DNA of 64,000 nt, taken from positions 9,858,001-9,922,000 of the forward strand of contig OZ024743.1 in the NCBI GenBank assembly GCA_964016885.1, written 5' to 3'. Below are positions 24,201 through 38,186 of this stretch, piece after piece; within the stretch, counting starts at the first letter, position 1; every line of letters starts with the position of its first letter. The position numbers were made by a program, and so were the translations under genes. The notes beneath the pieces are model-generated. The model was given only the letters and a program-made list of their open reading frames with translations. It searched no databases and was not told the DNA's origin. Source of the DNA: Eledone cirrhosa (taxonomy: Eukaryota).

Positions 24201-26019
24201 TTAAGAACAAACACCATAGAGGAAGATGTATGCGCAAATCACCTGTGCAAAATTAATTCGTTCTTTCTGTGCCGAGTTTGGAATATAGACGAAATTAGTT
24301 CAGATTCTAATCTAATCAATATTAAGAGTAAAAGATATGTGAACGAATATTTTTGGTCGGGAATAAAAAACCAAAACTAGATAATCAACTCAACTTGCAA
24401 GAACACCTCTCCAGATGACTGTAAGGGATATTCTTGAGTCGTTAACGGCCTAAACACTTGCATGAGGAAGGTTTCTTCTCTGAAGATCTGCTGTCCAGAG
24501 CTTTTTACCACTATTTGTAATTGAAACTATACTACATATGTTAGATGAGGTTTGGGATACGTTCATGTCTTTTCTGTGGGGAATCATCAGCTTAAAATAA
24601 ATTAATCCTAGATCAACAACGAAAATATATGTCTTTAAAACACCATACTATTTAATCAATATAAAATACATTCTGTACAATTATGTCTTCATATTTTTCT
24701 TAGCACGTTTTTTTTTATGAAAACAACCTTTGTAGTAGGATTTAAAATTAGTATTTTAGCATTGGCAATTAACACAGAAATATTTTAGGTAGAGTGTTAG
24801 CATGGAATAAAATAATGAATACGTGGGACTTATAATTTAGATAAGTTAATATTTTAGATTTCTGATTATATTTTCTTCGTGTAAGGGATGGTTAAATCAA
24901 TTTAAATGTAACTATTGGAGGAATGCATAATAAGATCTTTCGTGTCATATGCGAACAAATAACCTCTAGCTGCTTCAAATATTAAATTTTACGTTATTGT
25001 TAATATCAGTTATAGAGACTAGAATTTAGAAGGCATTTGGTATTTGAAATAAACCAAACACCAGTTTTGAAATACCAGAATTATTCTATCAAAATGAGTA
25101 TCATGTTTTATTTCAACTTGAATTTAAGAAAGATGTTGATGACTTCTTTATTAGCGAAAATGATATGAAAAAATATCCAGTAAAAGTTTTTACTGAAATC
25201 AAAACCAACTGTAATAAGCCACTAAGAGTTCCAAACTCTCGAAATAGTAACCAAGATAACTTTAACTTTTGTCTTAAGACGTGTCATTGATTTTCGTGCT
25301 ATTTATGTTTATTTTTACCATTTCCATAAAATACACTAGTTATTTTTGGAGGGATATTTTCTTAAACGTCTAGACACATAGTTGTTTAAGAGTCTTCCTG
25401 AAACCATGAAAATTAGAACAGAAAAATATTTCTCCGATTTCCTCACAATTGTCATTTATACATGATTACTTTTCTCATTGCCTTCTTATACGTGAGGGTT
25501 TGAAACAACGAAAGTAATCAATCAATACATAATAATGTTTTGATATTTGATAATTAAAGCAATTCAAGTATACTAGTTTGTAGTCAACTTAGACAGTTAC
25601 TGCCGCCATCCTATATGTAATTCTGTACGTTTTCCTAATACAATCAATTCTAAGAATATTTATCGAAAAGTGGTAATTTAATTCATTTCATAATCCGACT
25701 TAAACGTTCATGGAGAGAAGATACATTTACTGTTGGTTTCCAAAATAGGACCATACATTTATATGAGTTAGGTGAGTAAATCGATTTTAGTACGTCACTG
25801 ATACTCAATATTGAAAATATGATCGTCGACGTTGTGTTCGAGAAATTTGAACTGGAACATTGAAGCAACACAACAGCATACTGGAAGGCATTTTCTTCGA
25901 TGCTCTACTGATGCAATGAGTATATATTAATCATCAAATATGCAAATTACCAAATTACAAAATTAAATAGCATAATGTTTTACACATACAAACGTACACA
26001 CACTTGCATATCTAGAGAG

Positions 26020-27172
26020 ACACATTCAACACTTCATCCACCGTATGCAGTTCTCTGGTTACAATCATAGCGATAAAATCAGAGTGTATAGAGGAGCCAG
26101 AACCAAATGGGAAAAAATGGTAAATAATGACGCAAATGGGACCTGCCCCTTGTATAGGAGCAAATTTTGGAATAGAATAGAAAGAACTAGGAATAAGACT
26201 AATAGAATAAACTTATGGTATGATAGCAATAAATACCAGAGTGTAATGTTCATCGATACAACCCCTAGAGGTGAATTAGCTTACAAATTTAGAAGGGCCC
26301 TAGATAAACATAAACTCAATATTAAGATAGAAGAAAGACCAGGTACCTCCGTAAAAACACTTATTAGCAAGACATACCCTTTTCAAAGACCCCCTGTATA
26401 GATAAGAAATGTATAACCTGTAAATAAGCCCCCATATTAACTGTAAAACTAGAAATGTAGTGTATAGCATAAGATGTACTGAAGGACAATGTAGAGACAA
26501 AAAATATAGTGTACATAGGTGAGACAGCTCGTAGTGTAGGGGAACGGATAAATGAACACTGGCGAGACCTTCAAGATAGTAAAGAATCATCTGTACTCTA
26601 CCAACATGCTAAAATAGAACATAAGGGTAAATTAGAGAACATAGAAATAAAAATAGAATCTACACACAGAAAAGACGCAATGTTTAGACAAATCACAGAG
26701 GCAATAAACATAAATGAACTCCAACCAAAATTAAATAGAAAATATGAGTGGAACAGCAACATCACAACTTACAATTAAGGACATAATGAAAACACACACG
26801 CACATAGAACAAACAACCAACCGGTAACATGTAAATAAACAAATAAATAAACGAATATAAACACACACAGACACCCGGATGTGGCGCATGCGCAGACTGA
26901 GCACACAACACACACACAGAAACAAAAGGGCGTAGGACAGAACAAAGGAGAGGCACAAAAACAAAGAAAAGAATCCCCAGTCACTGAAGAGGTCACAGAA
27001 TGTGTGACGAAAGAACTTTGACAATATATAAACAATCATCTGGTTGTGGAACCAACCAACCAACCAACCAGAAATTTATAAATTCCTAAATTTATAAATT
27101 TATTATAATAAATTGAAGTGAAAGCAACTGGTGCGTGTGTTTCTTATTGGCAACATGACCCTCCCAAAGTAT

Positions 27173-27178
<6 letters not shown>
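26020..27178 (+). mobile_element. Penelope-like element, 5'-truncated (RT thumb, Cys linker, GIY-YIG, pLTR)
   Basis: SVMFIDTTPRGELA, NCKTRNVVYSIRC, YIGETARSVGERINEH, RQITEAININELQPKLN; ends at (TA)n. Confidence 0.9.
26980..27022 (+). ncRNA. Minimal type I hammerhead in PLE pLTR
   Basis: gtca CTGAAGA g gtcaca gaatg tgtgac GAAA gaac TT tgac. Confidence 0.8.
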
Positions 27179-27210
<32 letters not shown>

Positions 27211-29042
27211 CCCTACAAATACAACAAATCTAGATTAACAAAGACACACCACATTAAATACTATTAATCAGTTACAAAACATATGAAACAACAATCACCA
27301 CAAACATAATCATCCATCAAATACTTATCTTGTCAACAGAACCTGAAATTTATAACCGAGTAATAAATCTAAATTAAATGCATAACTCCTCAAAAATTAA
27401 ACAACAACGTATAATGAGTATGTCTCTGTGCTCTTGTGTGTTATTACAAGAACAAGCTATAACTTTCTTATATTTTACCAACATATATATACACATTAAC
27501 TCACATAAAAAGGCGAAAATAGTCACTACCGTCATCTTCTCAAGTTATTATATATGCTCTTGTCTATCCAATCTCAACGCTAAATTGAAATGTCACTACC
27601 ATTAACCAGCGCATATTAGCATCATAAAACATTTTGAAGAGAAGCATTTCTGTTGTCAACCTTCTCTTTCATTCACTTTATGCGGTACTTGAATAACTTG
27701 ATTAGTTTTGCTTGGAGAGAAAAGCCCTATTTTCCACTTTACCACAAAACACGCAATAATAGCCATTCGACACAATTCCCCATATCAACAAGCAGCTTGC
27801 CCGTGGACAAGTTAGAGAAAATAGTTTCATTGTTCATCCTTAGTGACTCTAAATACCCCGTAGTATTTATTTTGAACCAGGCTGTAACCAGAATGCTTCT
27901 AAATTATCCATATTAAACAGCCTAAACGTACACCATAAAAGCATGATTAGCACACACATATCGATGCTCACAATGTTTCCCGAGTTATCTTGTAAAAGTC
28001 TCTACCAACCCTCTATATATAACAATGTCACGTTCCAGCAACCACTGTGCTCGATTGGTACAAAAATGTAAACGCTTATCATGATCCAATTGCCAATCGT
28101 GATCTCTTCGGGGAGCTGGAAGCAATCCATTTAATGATATGAACTGTGCAACACTTCTCAAATAACTAATAGCCACATCTATTCATGGATTCCATGAAAT
28201 GAAGGTGTTGCAGATTCAACGTGTAATTGGACGTTATCAACATTTAGAGCTAGTGTTAGCGGCAGATATACAGTGTAACCAAAGAAACAATTCCAACTCT
28301 ATTCCAAACAGATTAATTTAGGTACAAAATATGACAGTCAGGTGATAGTACAAGACCAAATTGGTGTAGGCATTTAGTATCTCTATTGATCTTCCCCCAT
28401 TCCATATTGATACCTTATCTCGGTTACTATCTCCCAGAAGGTCTACAGTCAATAAGAACCTCATAAGTTTAGGTAATATTCGTAAGTCAGTTTTGTTTAT
28501 ATTGTCTTCGTTTCTGAGATGTCTAATGATGACAATAACATAGTCAAATGTTATTACTGGACATTCAGTACAATCTTTCTCCTCTACTGAAACTTGGGTA
28601 AAGCTATTCGAAACACTTGCACGTTTAACTCTTCTAGTCTACATACTCTCCACTCCAGGCTTGTGTTTTCTAAGGATCATGTTTCGCTAAACCTTACTTA
28701 TTCTGGTCAATGTAAGTTCATTTTGCTGGAAAGGACACGCCCAACCCAGCTTTCAGTAGCCAGCTATCAAGAGAGTTTATCTAAAACAAAAATACGGAAT
28801 ACATACGTATGTCCATCATAAACAATAAACTGGAAAGTATGGTCAAACTGTTCTATCTTTTCCCACTTGCTTACTAGTACGATTTACATATCCCACTACC
28901 ATTAATTTTGGTTCATGTTAACGCATTTAGAACAACAATTAATTAAAGGTGAAACTATATGTGGTTTAATAGTATTTCCCCTATGCCTTTGTAGGCAACC
29001 ACTGACAACCTTACCATCATTCAATTTTCAGGCACTCTAAAT

Positions 29043-30612
29043 GTGCTGGTACCAAAGGTCTTTCCCTATTTCTCGATCTCTTTACTTCGTCCTACGAAGA
29101 CCATCTGTTCTTCGTTTCGTTGGTCATTCTTACTAGTACAAACCTTTTTATATGTGGTGTTGTTTGCTGTGGTTGAGCGTGTTTTCGTTTATTTTGTTGT
29201 GCTGCTGTTGGTAGCAGTGATAGTGCTCGTGGAGTTAGAGTTGGGAATGTGCCTGCGTTTGTTTTGTGTCTGGTGTCTGCTTTTTCTGTTGTGTGTTTGT
29301 TTGTGTTGTCAGCTATTTTTGATTATTTTTGTCTTCTTTTTTGAGTTTTTCTTTTTGCTTTTCAAAGTCACTTCGAGATTAATTGGTCCTGGTGTCTGTT
29401 TTGGGTGTTAGTATGAGTGTATTTGTGTTTCTGTAGGTGTCTACCTGTGTTTTTTGTATTTAGATGAGACGGAGAAAGAGAGGGAGATGGAGGGCTTTTC
29501 TCACTGACCCGACGGGTGGTTTTATTGGAGTCTGTTTCTGTTTGTGGTCCTGTTGAGCTACCTTTGCTGTTGATCATGTTGTTTTTGTTTTGTGCCGGTG
29601 TTGGCAGCAATGCGACCCTGTTGTTCCCTGTCTTTTATTGAGTACAAAAAACTTCTAAATGTCCACTTTTCCTGCAAAAATCACAGCTCGGCCTTTTACC
29701 CTGAACTATAAAACGTCATCCTGAAGGCAAATTAAGTTTGAGATATTTTCAATCTTCTCTGGTTTGATCTGATGAAGTATCTCCAGATTGATTCCAGACC
29801 AGTTCTCTCTCCGGGTCCTCTTTACTTCGGGGAGCATTTCGTTTCCCTCTAGCACTATGTGTGCTAGGATCCACCAGATGTCAATTTCTGACAGGATCCT
29901 AGCAATGCGGATCCTCCGTTTCCTTCTTACCATGTGTGTGTGGTTGGGGGAGGGGCAAATTATATTGGTCTGTTTTGCGGGAGACCAAAGCGAACGATTT
30001 TGCAAGGGCCTCGCTATCAAATAGCACCGAGATGCTTCTAAACTGCTTGGCTCTTGGCATGTGTTGAATATCTGGTATTAAGCCCTTTAGAGCGGACTCC
30101 ACCTGAGATTATGGGTCCAATTCCTCCTTTTTGGACTGAATGCCAACACATCTATATATATATATATATATATATACATGTGTTTTTTCTCTTTCTTGTG
30201 CCAACACCTCAGGTAGAACATTTATGTTAACTCAGATTTTCTCTAATTTTACAATTTTGGATACCTGGGCCAATCATTCATCCATACTACTCAAGTCCAT
30301 GTTGAACAGTTCCGTTATCTTCGCAGCTGTGATTTTGTTGTTGCTGATCATGTTGTTACTCTTGTTTTCTTTGCCATTGTTGCTGCTGCTGTTATTGTTG
30401 TTGTTGCCGTTGGTTATTCTTGTAGTTATTTTCGTTGTTGTTTCTACTGCTGCTGTTTTTATCATCGTTGTCGTTGTTGTTGCTTTTACTGTTTTTGTTG
30501 TCGTTAACGTTGTTGTTGTTGTTGTCGGTGACAATGGAATTGTTGTCTCTAGCGCTTGTAGGCGTGAAAGTAAAACATAAAGTTCAAATTTGTATTATTG
30601 TAATAACAGTGA
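29043..30612 (-). mobile_element. 5' part (ORF1) of a second Tx1-like LINE, decayed
   Basis: RENWSGINLEIL shared with ORF1 at 14461-15195 (RENWSGIGMQIL), RPSCDFCRKSGHLEVFC knuckle, Thr/Asn-rich N-terminus. Confidence 0.8.
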
Positions 30613-30693
30613 AAAGAAGAAGAAGAAGAAGAAGAAGAAGAAGAAGAAGAAGAAGAAGAAGAAGAAGAAGAAGAAGAAGAAGAAGAAGAAGAA
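30613..30693. repeat. (GAA)n/(TTC)n microsatellite
   Basis: Direct reading. Confidence 0.98.
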
Positions 30694-31681
30694 TGATCGT
30701 GTTTGCTATCTTTCGGGCACTTTATGTAAACAAGCTAACGAAGTGCCAGACTAATTCCGTGTTCGGGTAAACAAACTAATGAAGTATTAAACTTATTCGC
30801 ACAAACAAATGTCAAACCATATAAACAAAACCCGTTTGCCTAAAGTTAAGTGGAATGCGTTATAAACAGTAAGTAGAACGTGAAAAGCTTGGTATCAACA
30901 GAAACAAACAAACCAGAGATCGACAGAAATTGTGACAACGATGAGCCGCGCTTTATTCCTCACTTTCCACAAATAAAACAGAAAAAGAATAAACCGATAT
31001 AAAAAACATGATTATATTTTCATGCATATTTTACAGTCCAACTCTTCCTAAAAATGAAACTTCGTAAATATTTATATAATATGAGGTGAAGTTTATTAGT
31101 CTTGCTACGACGTTACCATTTTTCAACGTATTATCTCATATTTTGACACAGAGATCGAGATTTATTCCAGATTATTCTATGAACGTAATTTCGTATTCAA
31201 TATTACAAACAGGAACACATGGATGCTTTATAAAAAGTGTTGTAGAAAGAATAGACATTCTATTGGACTAGTTGTGCAAACAATGTGCAACAAACGAATG
31301 GACAGTTAAGGGTGAAACAGATTTTTTATAAACAGATATGCAAAATATATGAACGTTTTATGGAGTGGTAGCTAAAGTGCAAAATATAGACAGTTCAGTA
31401 ATTTTTGTCAGCACTTTATATATGTCTGTTAGATATATCAATCAGTATTTTGAAACTTTGTCAGTTCCTGTTGCATTTCTGTCGTTATTATGTTGTATAT
31501 TTAGCGTTTGGGCTACTGTTTGAGTTGATATATCAACCCAAGAATATTCGTTTGTTGCACATTGTTTGCATATGTTCGTTCGTGGCAGTCAATCTGCTAT
31601 TCATAAATCTGTTTCAAACCATAGTTTACAACTTCCACCTTCTTACCACAATCCATAACCAACGCCGCCATAGCCGTTAAA

Positions 31682-33105
31682 CAAAAAGGAAAGTGGTGAG
31701 TTAATCTTGAACAGAGGCAAGATTAAAGCATTGAGGTGTGGGGAAGCTATCAGGAAAGGCTATGAAACAAATAGAAGAGGAAGGTTATAAGTACTTAGGG
31801 ATATTGGAAGTTGATATGATAATGCAGGAGGAAATGAAAGAAACATTTAAATTGGAATACATGCGCAGTGTGAGATTTATGCTCAAGTTGAAACTGAATG
31901 GAGGGAATAAGATGGAAGCTATCAATACATGGGTGGTATCTATCCTTCGTCATGGGTGATCATCTGGACAGTGGAAGAGCTAGACTGTTTAGACCGAAAT
32001 ACAAGAGAGATATTGACTTGATATGTAGTATTTCAACCAAAAAATGAGAGATAGATTATATGTACCAACAAAAAGAGAAGGAAGAGGTCTGATGGATGTG
32101 AAGACATCATTAGCGCAAAAGAAAATAACATGACGTGGAACATAAATATTCCACAGAACCACTGTTGCTGGAAGTAAGAAGGTTAGGGCTGTGCAAAAAA
32201 GAAGATTGCAAAGTAAATCACTGTACAAGCATTGGAAGAAGGATGAAGCTGAAAGTAGATTGGCAGAAAAAAGAATATATGGACAGGCAGAGAAACAAGG
32301 TGGTTATGGATGGCTAAAAGTGATTTAAAACCGGAAACAGAGCCTTAATCCGTGCTGCTTAAGAACAAGCACTAAGAACTAACTACATCAAGTTAGAGTA
32401 GACCAGACAGCAGAAAGTGATAGGCGTAGAATGTGTGCCACGAATGGAGAAACTGTATGGTCTAGTACCAGTCAATGAACACTACTAGCTCAGAAAGAAT
32501 ATAAGAGACGTCATGACAACATAGCAAGAATAATACTTTGGGCACTTTGTGGCAAATATGGACTTGACAGAGCAGAAAAGTGGTATGAACGTAACACTGA
32601 GGGCGTTATAGCAATATAATGATGCAAAGATCCTGTAGGATTTTGTGATACAGTGTGACCATGAGATTGAGCATAGGAGACCAGATATTGTGCTAATTGA
32701 GAAAAAATCAAACAGTGTTGCATCATAGATATAGCCTTGTCCAGCTCATAAAAAGGTATTAGATTAAGAAGGAAAACATTGATAGATATGACAGGTTACC
32801 TTCAGAGATTAGGCAGTTGTAGCTACTGAAAAAGGTGGTGGTAATACCAATATTAGCAGGGGACTTGGGAACAGTGTCTAAAGATCTTCAGAAGTACATT
32901 AAACAGCTAGGGATTGCAATACGGATGAAACACTTACAAAAAAACAATTTTTAAAAAAAAATACCATTGCTTGCGACAACTCGAATACTCCGGAGGGTAC
33001 TTGAAAAATAAGGGGTGTTACCTCAGTTCACTGTTTAGTGAACAGCTAACAATGTAATACATCTAGAGCGTTAGAAGCTGAGAGAAGAAGAACAACAACA
33101 ATAAC
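31682..33105 (+). mobile_element. Decayed R4/Dong-clade LINE 3' half (RT thumb, CCHC, restriction-like endonuclease)
   Basis: YKYLGILE, LNGGNKMEAINTW, DRLYVP...GRGL, ALRTNY, YKRRHDNIA, HRRPDIVL, IIDIA. Confidence 0.88.
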
Positions 33106-33107
33106 CC

Positions 33108-33322
33108 TAATTGTTGCTACTTTAGGCACAAAGCCAGCAATTTGAAGGAGAGGGGAAGTCGATTAAATCGACCCCAGTTCATTCCTGGTGCTTTATTTTA
33201 TCGAGCTCGTAGGGATGAAAGGCAAAGCTAACCCTAGTGGGATTTGAACTCAGAACGTAGAGGGTCATAACTCTATGCTGCAAAGCATGGTTTCTGACGC
33301 TCTACCGATACTGCCAATCCAA
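33108..33322 (-). mobile_element. Main-family SINE, long variant
   Basis: Reverse complement of the SINE, including the gtcgatttaatcgac hairpin missing from most + copies. Confidence 0.88.
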
Positions 33323-33339
33323 CAAATTCTTATACAGAC

Positions 33340-33525
33340 AAAGAAATCTAGATATTTTGAATCATTTATAGTCTATTACATCAACCTCGTGCTTGTCAGG
33401 TTCTTTATTTTATCGACGCTGGAACGATAAAACAAAAGTTGACTTCGGCAAGATTTGAACTCAAAAAGATACGGACCGTAATTAAAAACCACAAAGCCGT
33501 TCTAACATTTCTGCTAGTCAACCGG
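33340..33525 (-). mobile_element. Older diverged SINE copy
   Basis: ttattttatcgac...gatttgaactca. Confidence 0.6.
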
Positions 33526-35004
33526 TAGAGCAATAACGTTAGTACTTATAATTTAAAAAAATATAAAATACATTAGAAGCCACTTATTGTAATCACTTTG
33601 ATGCGAACCATCTAAATAACAATAACTAGTTGATAATGTCAAGTGTGTTTGAGAGCCAATACATTTGAGAACAATAATCGTTAAATAACATTCATGATTA
33701 TAATAAGCGACTTCCTCTATATATTTAAATTGTCAAGTTTCAATTTTATTTAAAAAATAAGCAAAAGAAAAACAATGAGATGAAATAGACAGCAAGATAT
33801 TTTAATGAAATTTATTTGGGAGGAAGTGATACAGAGTTTCTAGTCATGATATGCAAATTTAACGCGTCTGATATCAGATATTCAAATCACGAGTATTAAA
33901 TACAGTAGATTCAATATATCTAATATACTTGTCCGGAATAAAATACATAAAAAAATTCAAATACTGTAAAAGGGAAAGAAATGTATTCACTTTTCGGTCT
34001 AAATTAGCTCTAATTGTGAGTAGAAACCTTTGAATTTTTATATTTTTGCTTTAAAAGTTTCGTTTTAAAATTGTATACTTTCATTTCATAATTAGAGCCT
34101 ATTAACATTGAAATATCCAGGATATTTATTCTGCTCTTTCTCTAGCATTGCTTTGGTTTTTAGTTACACTTCTTATCGAAAATGCGACTTTTTTTTTTTT
34201 TTTTCTTTTTTTTTTTGTATACAGGATTGGTTGCTGAAATGCGAAAATGTAACAAGCGAAATCAGCTTAATTCAACATAACAACGACAAATTAATTGATT
34301 CAGGAACAGAATGGGTTTATTATTCCCTTATAGCACACCAGCCGAATTCCTGTAGCATGAGTGTGTAGTCGATTAAATCAACCATCCAGCACCCAGGATA
34401 TTATTAATATTTACTTTATTGACCCTGTTGGGGAAAATGTAAAAATCTGTCCCGACAGAATTCGAATTAGGAATGTAAACGAAGCTATATACTGCTCTAC
34501 TAGTTTATTCTGCTCTACTAGCCCTGTTGTCTCCATTATTCATGCTTATTATAACATTCTGTTTTATATAAGAGAATGAGCCATTTTACGCACTGCAGTG
34601 TTTGGGTTAGAAATGTAATATTCTGCGCAAGTCGATATATATATAGAAACCACCTAATTATCAAACTGAATTTATATATTTAAATTATTGATTTCTTTCG
34701 TAGGTATAATGCTATACAACATAGTGGAGGGAACAGCCAAGTATATCGATCCGAGTACTGGACTGGTAGTTTCAGCATTTACCGTGGAAGAATGACAGGC
34801 ACAAATCAACATCAGTGTGATTCGAACACAAAACATGAAGTGCTGAAACGAAATACCGTAAGATATATCTACCAATCAACCAATATTACAATTCTGCTAT
34901 TCCTTTTAATTTAATTTTATATTTTTATTTCGTATGTAGATATTTCCATTTCAAATGTAGATATGTTATGCAATATTGAGTAATATTCAACACAATTATG
35001 TGAT

Positions 35005-35325
35005 ATGTATGGATGGGCCCGTAACCCATGGTGGAGACGTACTAGTGCCATAGTGAGGTACAGTGTTACTTGGGCAGTTTAAACCTGGCGGAGCTCATCC
35101 TCACCAGGCCAGAACACAGCCCATTCTTCCAGAGAGGCAGAGGGCATGATATATTGGAATTGATATGAGATATAGAGGGGAAAAACTACCCCAGCACTGG
35201 GCTGCTACTATTTTATCGATCTCAAAAAGCATAGTTGATTTGAGCGGATTTGAACTCAGAGCACCGCAGGCCGGAACCAATTCTACAAAGTATTCTATCC
35301 GATGTTGTAACAACTCTGCCAATTA
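35005..35325 (-). mobile_element. SINE with main-family-like head/core and a different 3' tail
   Basis: Head/core 35180-35325; tail 35005-35150 homologous to 36720-36860. Confidence 0.65.
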
Positions 35326-36080
35326 CATGATATAGAGAATGTATATTTGTACCAGCGATTCTACATTTGCCTTATGTTTGCTGATCAATTTAAACCGTCG
35401 TTCATTGCTGCTATATGATATATTGGATAAATCATTATTTCGAAACAGTTTTCTATAACAAAGTAATACTCTTCAAGCTATTTAGAGCCACTATTCTTCC
35501 TTGTAACCTTCACATCATTTCTGGGGATTCTCTTCATTGATTTCTGTTACGGTATCAAGTATGATGGCTTCCACGACAACTTTGAAAGGAAAGTATAAAG
35601 GATGATTAGAAGCATTATATATCTAATAACGCTAGCGACAACCAACTATTGTATCTCTTTTTTTAGCGTCGAATGAACTTTGTTATCTGAGAAACAGCAG
35701 ATGTGCCATTGTCTGCGACAACTTTTTACAATTAATCTCTTACGGAATAGATGCCATTTGTTCTATTTTTGGTATAAAAGTATGCATTATCTCTGTCATC
35801 TATGTATACAGATTCTGTATTGCTAATGATTGGTGGAGATAAATATACTAAGGTCAGGGTTATATTAGTACACACGGTTAAGTTTCTATATAAAAAGATA
35901 CGCTTGTCTTTTCATAGTGGTATTTTCTTCATTCCATATGAACGAACAGAAGATAAAGACGAATAAAAATATACTTTAAAAGCGTCATTTACTAAAGTAT
36001 TTAATTTAAGCTACGTATATCAATGTATATATATATACCCCCCCCCACACACACACACACATATATATATATATACATAT

Positions 36081-36376
36081 ATTGTCAGAAGATATGTATG
36101 TCTCACACGCACACACAGTCTCTTTCGTTGGTTACACAAATGGAATACATTGTCAGAAGCAACGTATGTCACACACACATACACATATACACACTGTGTG
36201 TGTGTGTGCGTGTGTATGTGTGTGTGACAGACGTTGCTTCCGACAATGTGTTCCACTTGTGTAACCAACGAAAGAGACTGTGTGTATGTGCATATGTGTA
36301 TGTGTGTGTGTGTGTGAGAGAGACATACGTTGCTTCTTACAGTGTGTTCTACTTGTGTAATCAACGAAAGAGACCG
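36081..36376. repeat. Fold-back minisatellite: about 55-bp unit in both orientations separated by (CA)/(TG) tracts
   Basis: cagtctctttcgttggttacaca..tggaa.acattgtc.gaagcaacgt at 36116-36170; reverse copies at about 36226-36280 and 36320-36375. Confidence 0.88.
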
Positions 36377-36719
36377 AACGTATAATTAAGGTGCCTGTGA
36401 CTGCGATTTCCACAGACACGTGTAACCTTTACATAATTCTCGTGAAGATTCAGCATGACAGTGTGCGAGAAGGCTCATCCTGTAAATCACAATTACAACT
36501 CATTTTACCAGCTAACTGGAACAACGTGAAATATAACGTCTTACACAGTGACATAATGCACTGCCGAAAATCTGATGCACGATTTTACGATCAAGAGCCG
36601 AACACCCCAACCACTAAGTCACGCACCTTTACACATATATACTTATGTATTGATCTTAGCTATTCTATTATTTCCTCTAGCTACTATGCTACTAAACGTT
36701 TTGCAATATAGAATGTATG

Positions 36720-37025
36720 GTTTGGTATGGTATTATCCCGTAACTCCTGATAGTAGGGGCGCCGTATTGACATACGGGATTTCTTGGACATTTTAAGCCT
36801 GGCGGAGGCCATCCCTCCCCAGGCTTGAGTATAGCAGATTTTTTCCAGAGAAAGATAGAAAGTTAGAGAGAGAGGAAATGAGAAAGAGGAAGAATCGACC
36901 CCAGTACTAGACTGGAACTTTTTTTTATCGACCTCGAAAGGATGGAAATTTGAACTCAGAGAACTGGAACAAATACCCTAAAGCATTCTATCTGACGTTC
37001 TAACCACTCTGACAATTCACCGCCT
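36720..37025 (-). mobile_element. Second copy of the alternative-tail SINE
   Basis: Shares cctggcggag...ccaggc hairpin and ttccagaga with 35005-35325. Confidence 0.65.
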
Positions 37026-37249
37026 AGAGAATGTATAATACATTTAAATCAGTTTTTAGAATATTTCCTAACTTTTCCTGAATTTTTTTTTGTATATCGT
37101 GATGCTACTTTCTGTGTGCAGCCACATAACTGCATGCTGAATATTAACTACAGGATATGCTTCCACTGTTCACGAAGTTCTAACAGTTGTGACACATTCT
37201 TCATTACTCTTTCGTCGTCTGCTAAAACGATGACAAGCTTAGTAGCTTC

Positions 37250-38020
37250 AGAAAACATAAATTTTCTTGATTACTAATAGGTATGTTATAGGTATTTTTG
37301 TAATATATGCAGAATATGGTCTATTTGAGGACCAGTTGATGATTATATTCTTTATGTATAACTCGGTTTCCAGTGCAGGCGAGTTTCTATTGGAGTAGTC
37401 AATCGTAAATTTTGTATTACGTTCGATGGAAATCATTAGGTGCACAAATATTATTTTTTATCTTTCCGACCGTCATGTCTTCAGCATATCAAGAGTATAA
37501 GGATGTAGTAATATTGGAAGTAGCTAATATTAAAGTGGGCGTTAGCATACTTGATGTTATATAATTCAACTAAAACACTCGTTTATTAGACAATCCATTT
37601 CATAAATGATTAACTTTCGTTAAATGGCATAGGAGATAACATTGATGTCGTTAAAATTAATTAAATACGGATTGCAGTGAGTAGCGAATCGAATTTTTAG
37701 AAGTTCTCTGACATGATTCAAGCTTAATAAATCGCATTAGTAAAGGGAAATCTATCCGTAAATGCAGGATCTTTAAATATCTATAGAACAGTGAATGATG
37801 TAATTATTGAAAATGAATTACTGAGGAAAATGTCCAGTGTTTATAATGGGTGCTAAGTTACATGATGTAGTATGCCACCCATTCAGATAATAAAATGGTT
37901 GTTGACGACTCCACTAATTCCAACCAAGATAACACCAACATTTCCCTGTTTAAAATGCGTGTTGTTGAATTTTGATATGATTTTAAGTATGTTTCGGCAA
38001 GTCAATTAATGTGATTTATT
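37250..38020 (-). mobile_element. Highly decayed PLE-type RT relic
   Basis: Fragments FNNTHFKQ, FYRYL and NTKFTIDYSNRNSPALET (resembles IKFTxExSxxxLPFLD). Confidence 0.35.
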
Positions 38021-38140
38021 TAAAGTGTGCATATCAGTTGTATATAAATATGTCTTAGAAAATAGTGTTCTATTTGAAGGCAACCACATTGTGAACTGGA
38101 GGGTAAATGTTAACAATATGATGATATAGGGATGTTACTT

Positions 38141-38186
38141 TTATAGATTCTTATGTTTCGAGATAATTTCCGTTCATCAGCAGATT
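38141..38186 (-). ncRNA. Degenerate hammerhead-like motif
   Basis: Minus strand: CTGATGA acggaaattatctc GAAA cataagaa TC; stems I and III poorly supported. Confidence 0.35.

Noticed and set aside
24566-24592. CTGATGA...GAAA on the minus strand (similar cases at 7472 and 37462-37485)
   Set aside because: No supporting stems; expected by chance or inside LINE coding sequence.
27600-29040. Possible very old LINE relic on the minus strand
   Set aside because: Motifs too decayed to support a call.
30435-30770. ORF with a hydrophobic N-terminus and poly-Arg (protamine-like)
   Set aside because: It is the antisense of low-complexity LINE ORF1 plus the (GAA)n microsatellite.
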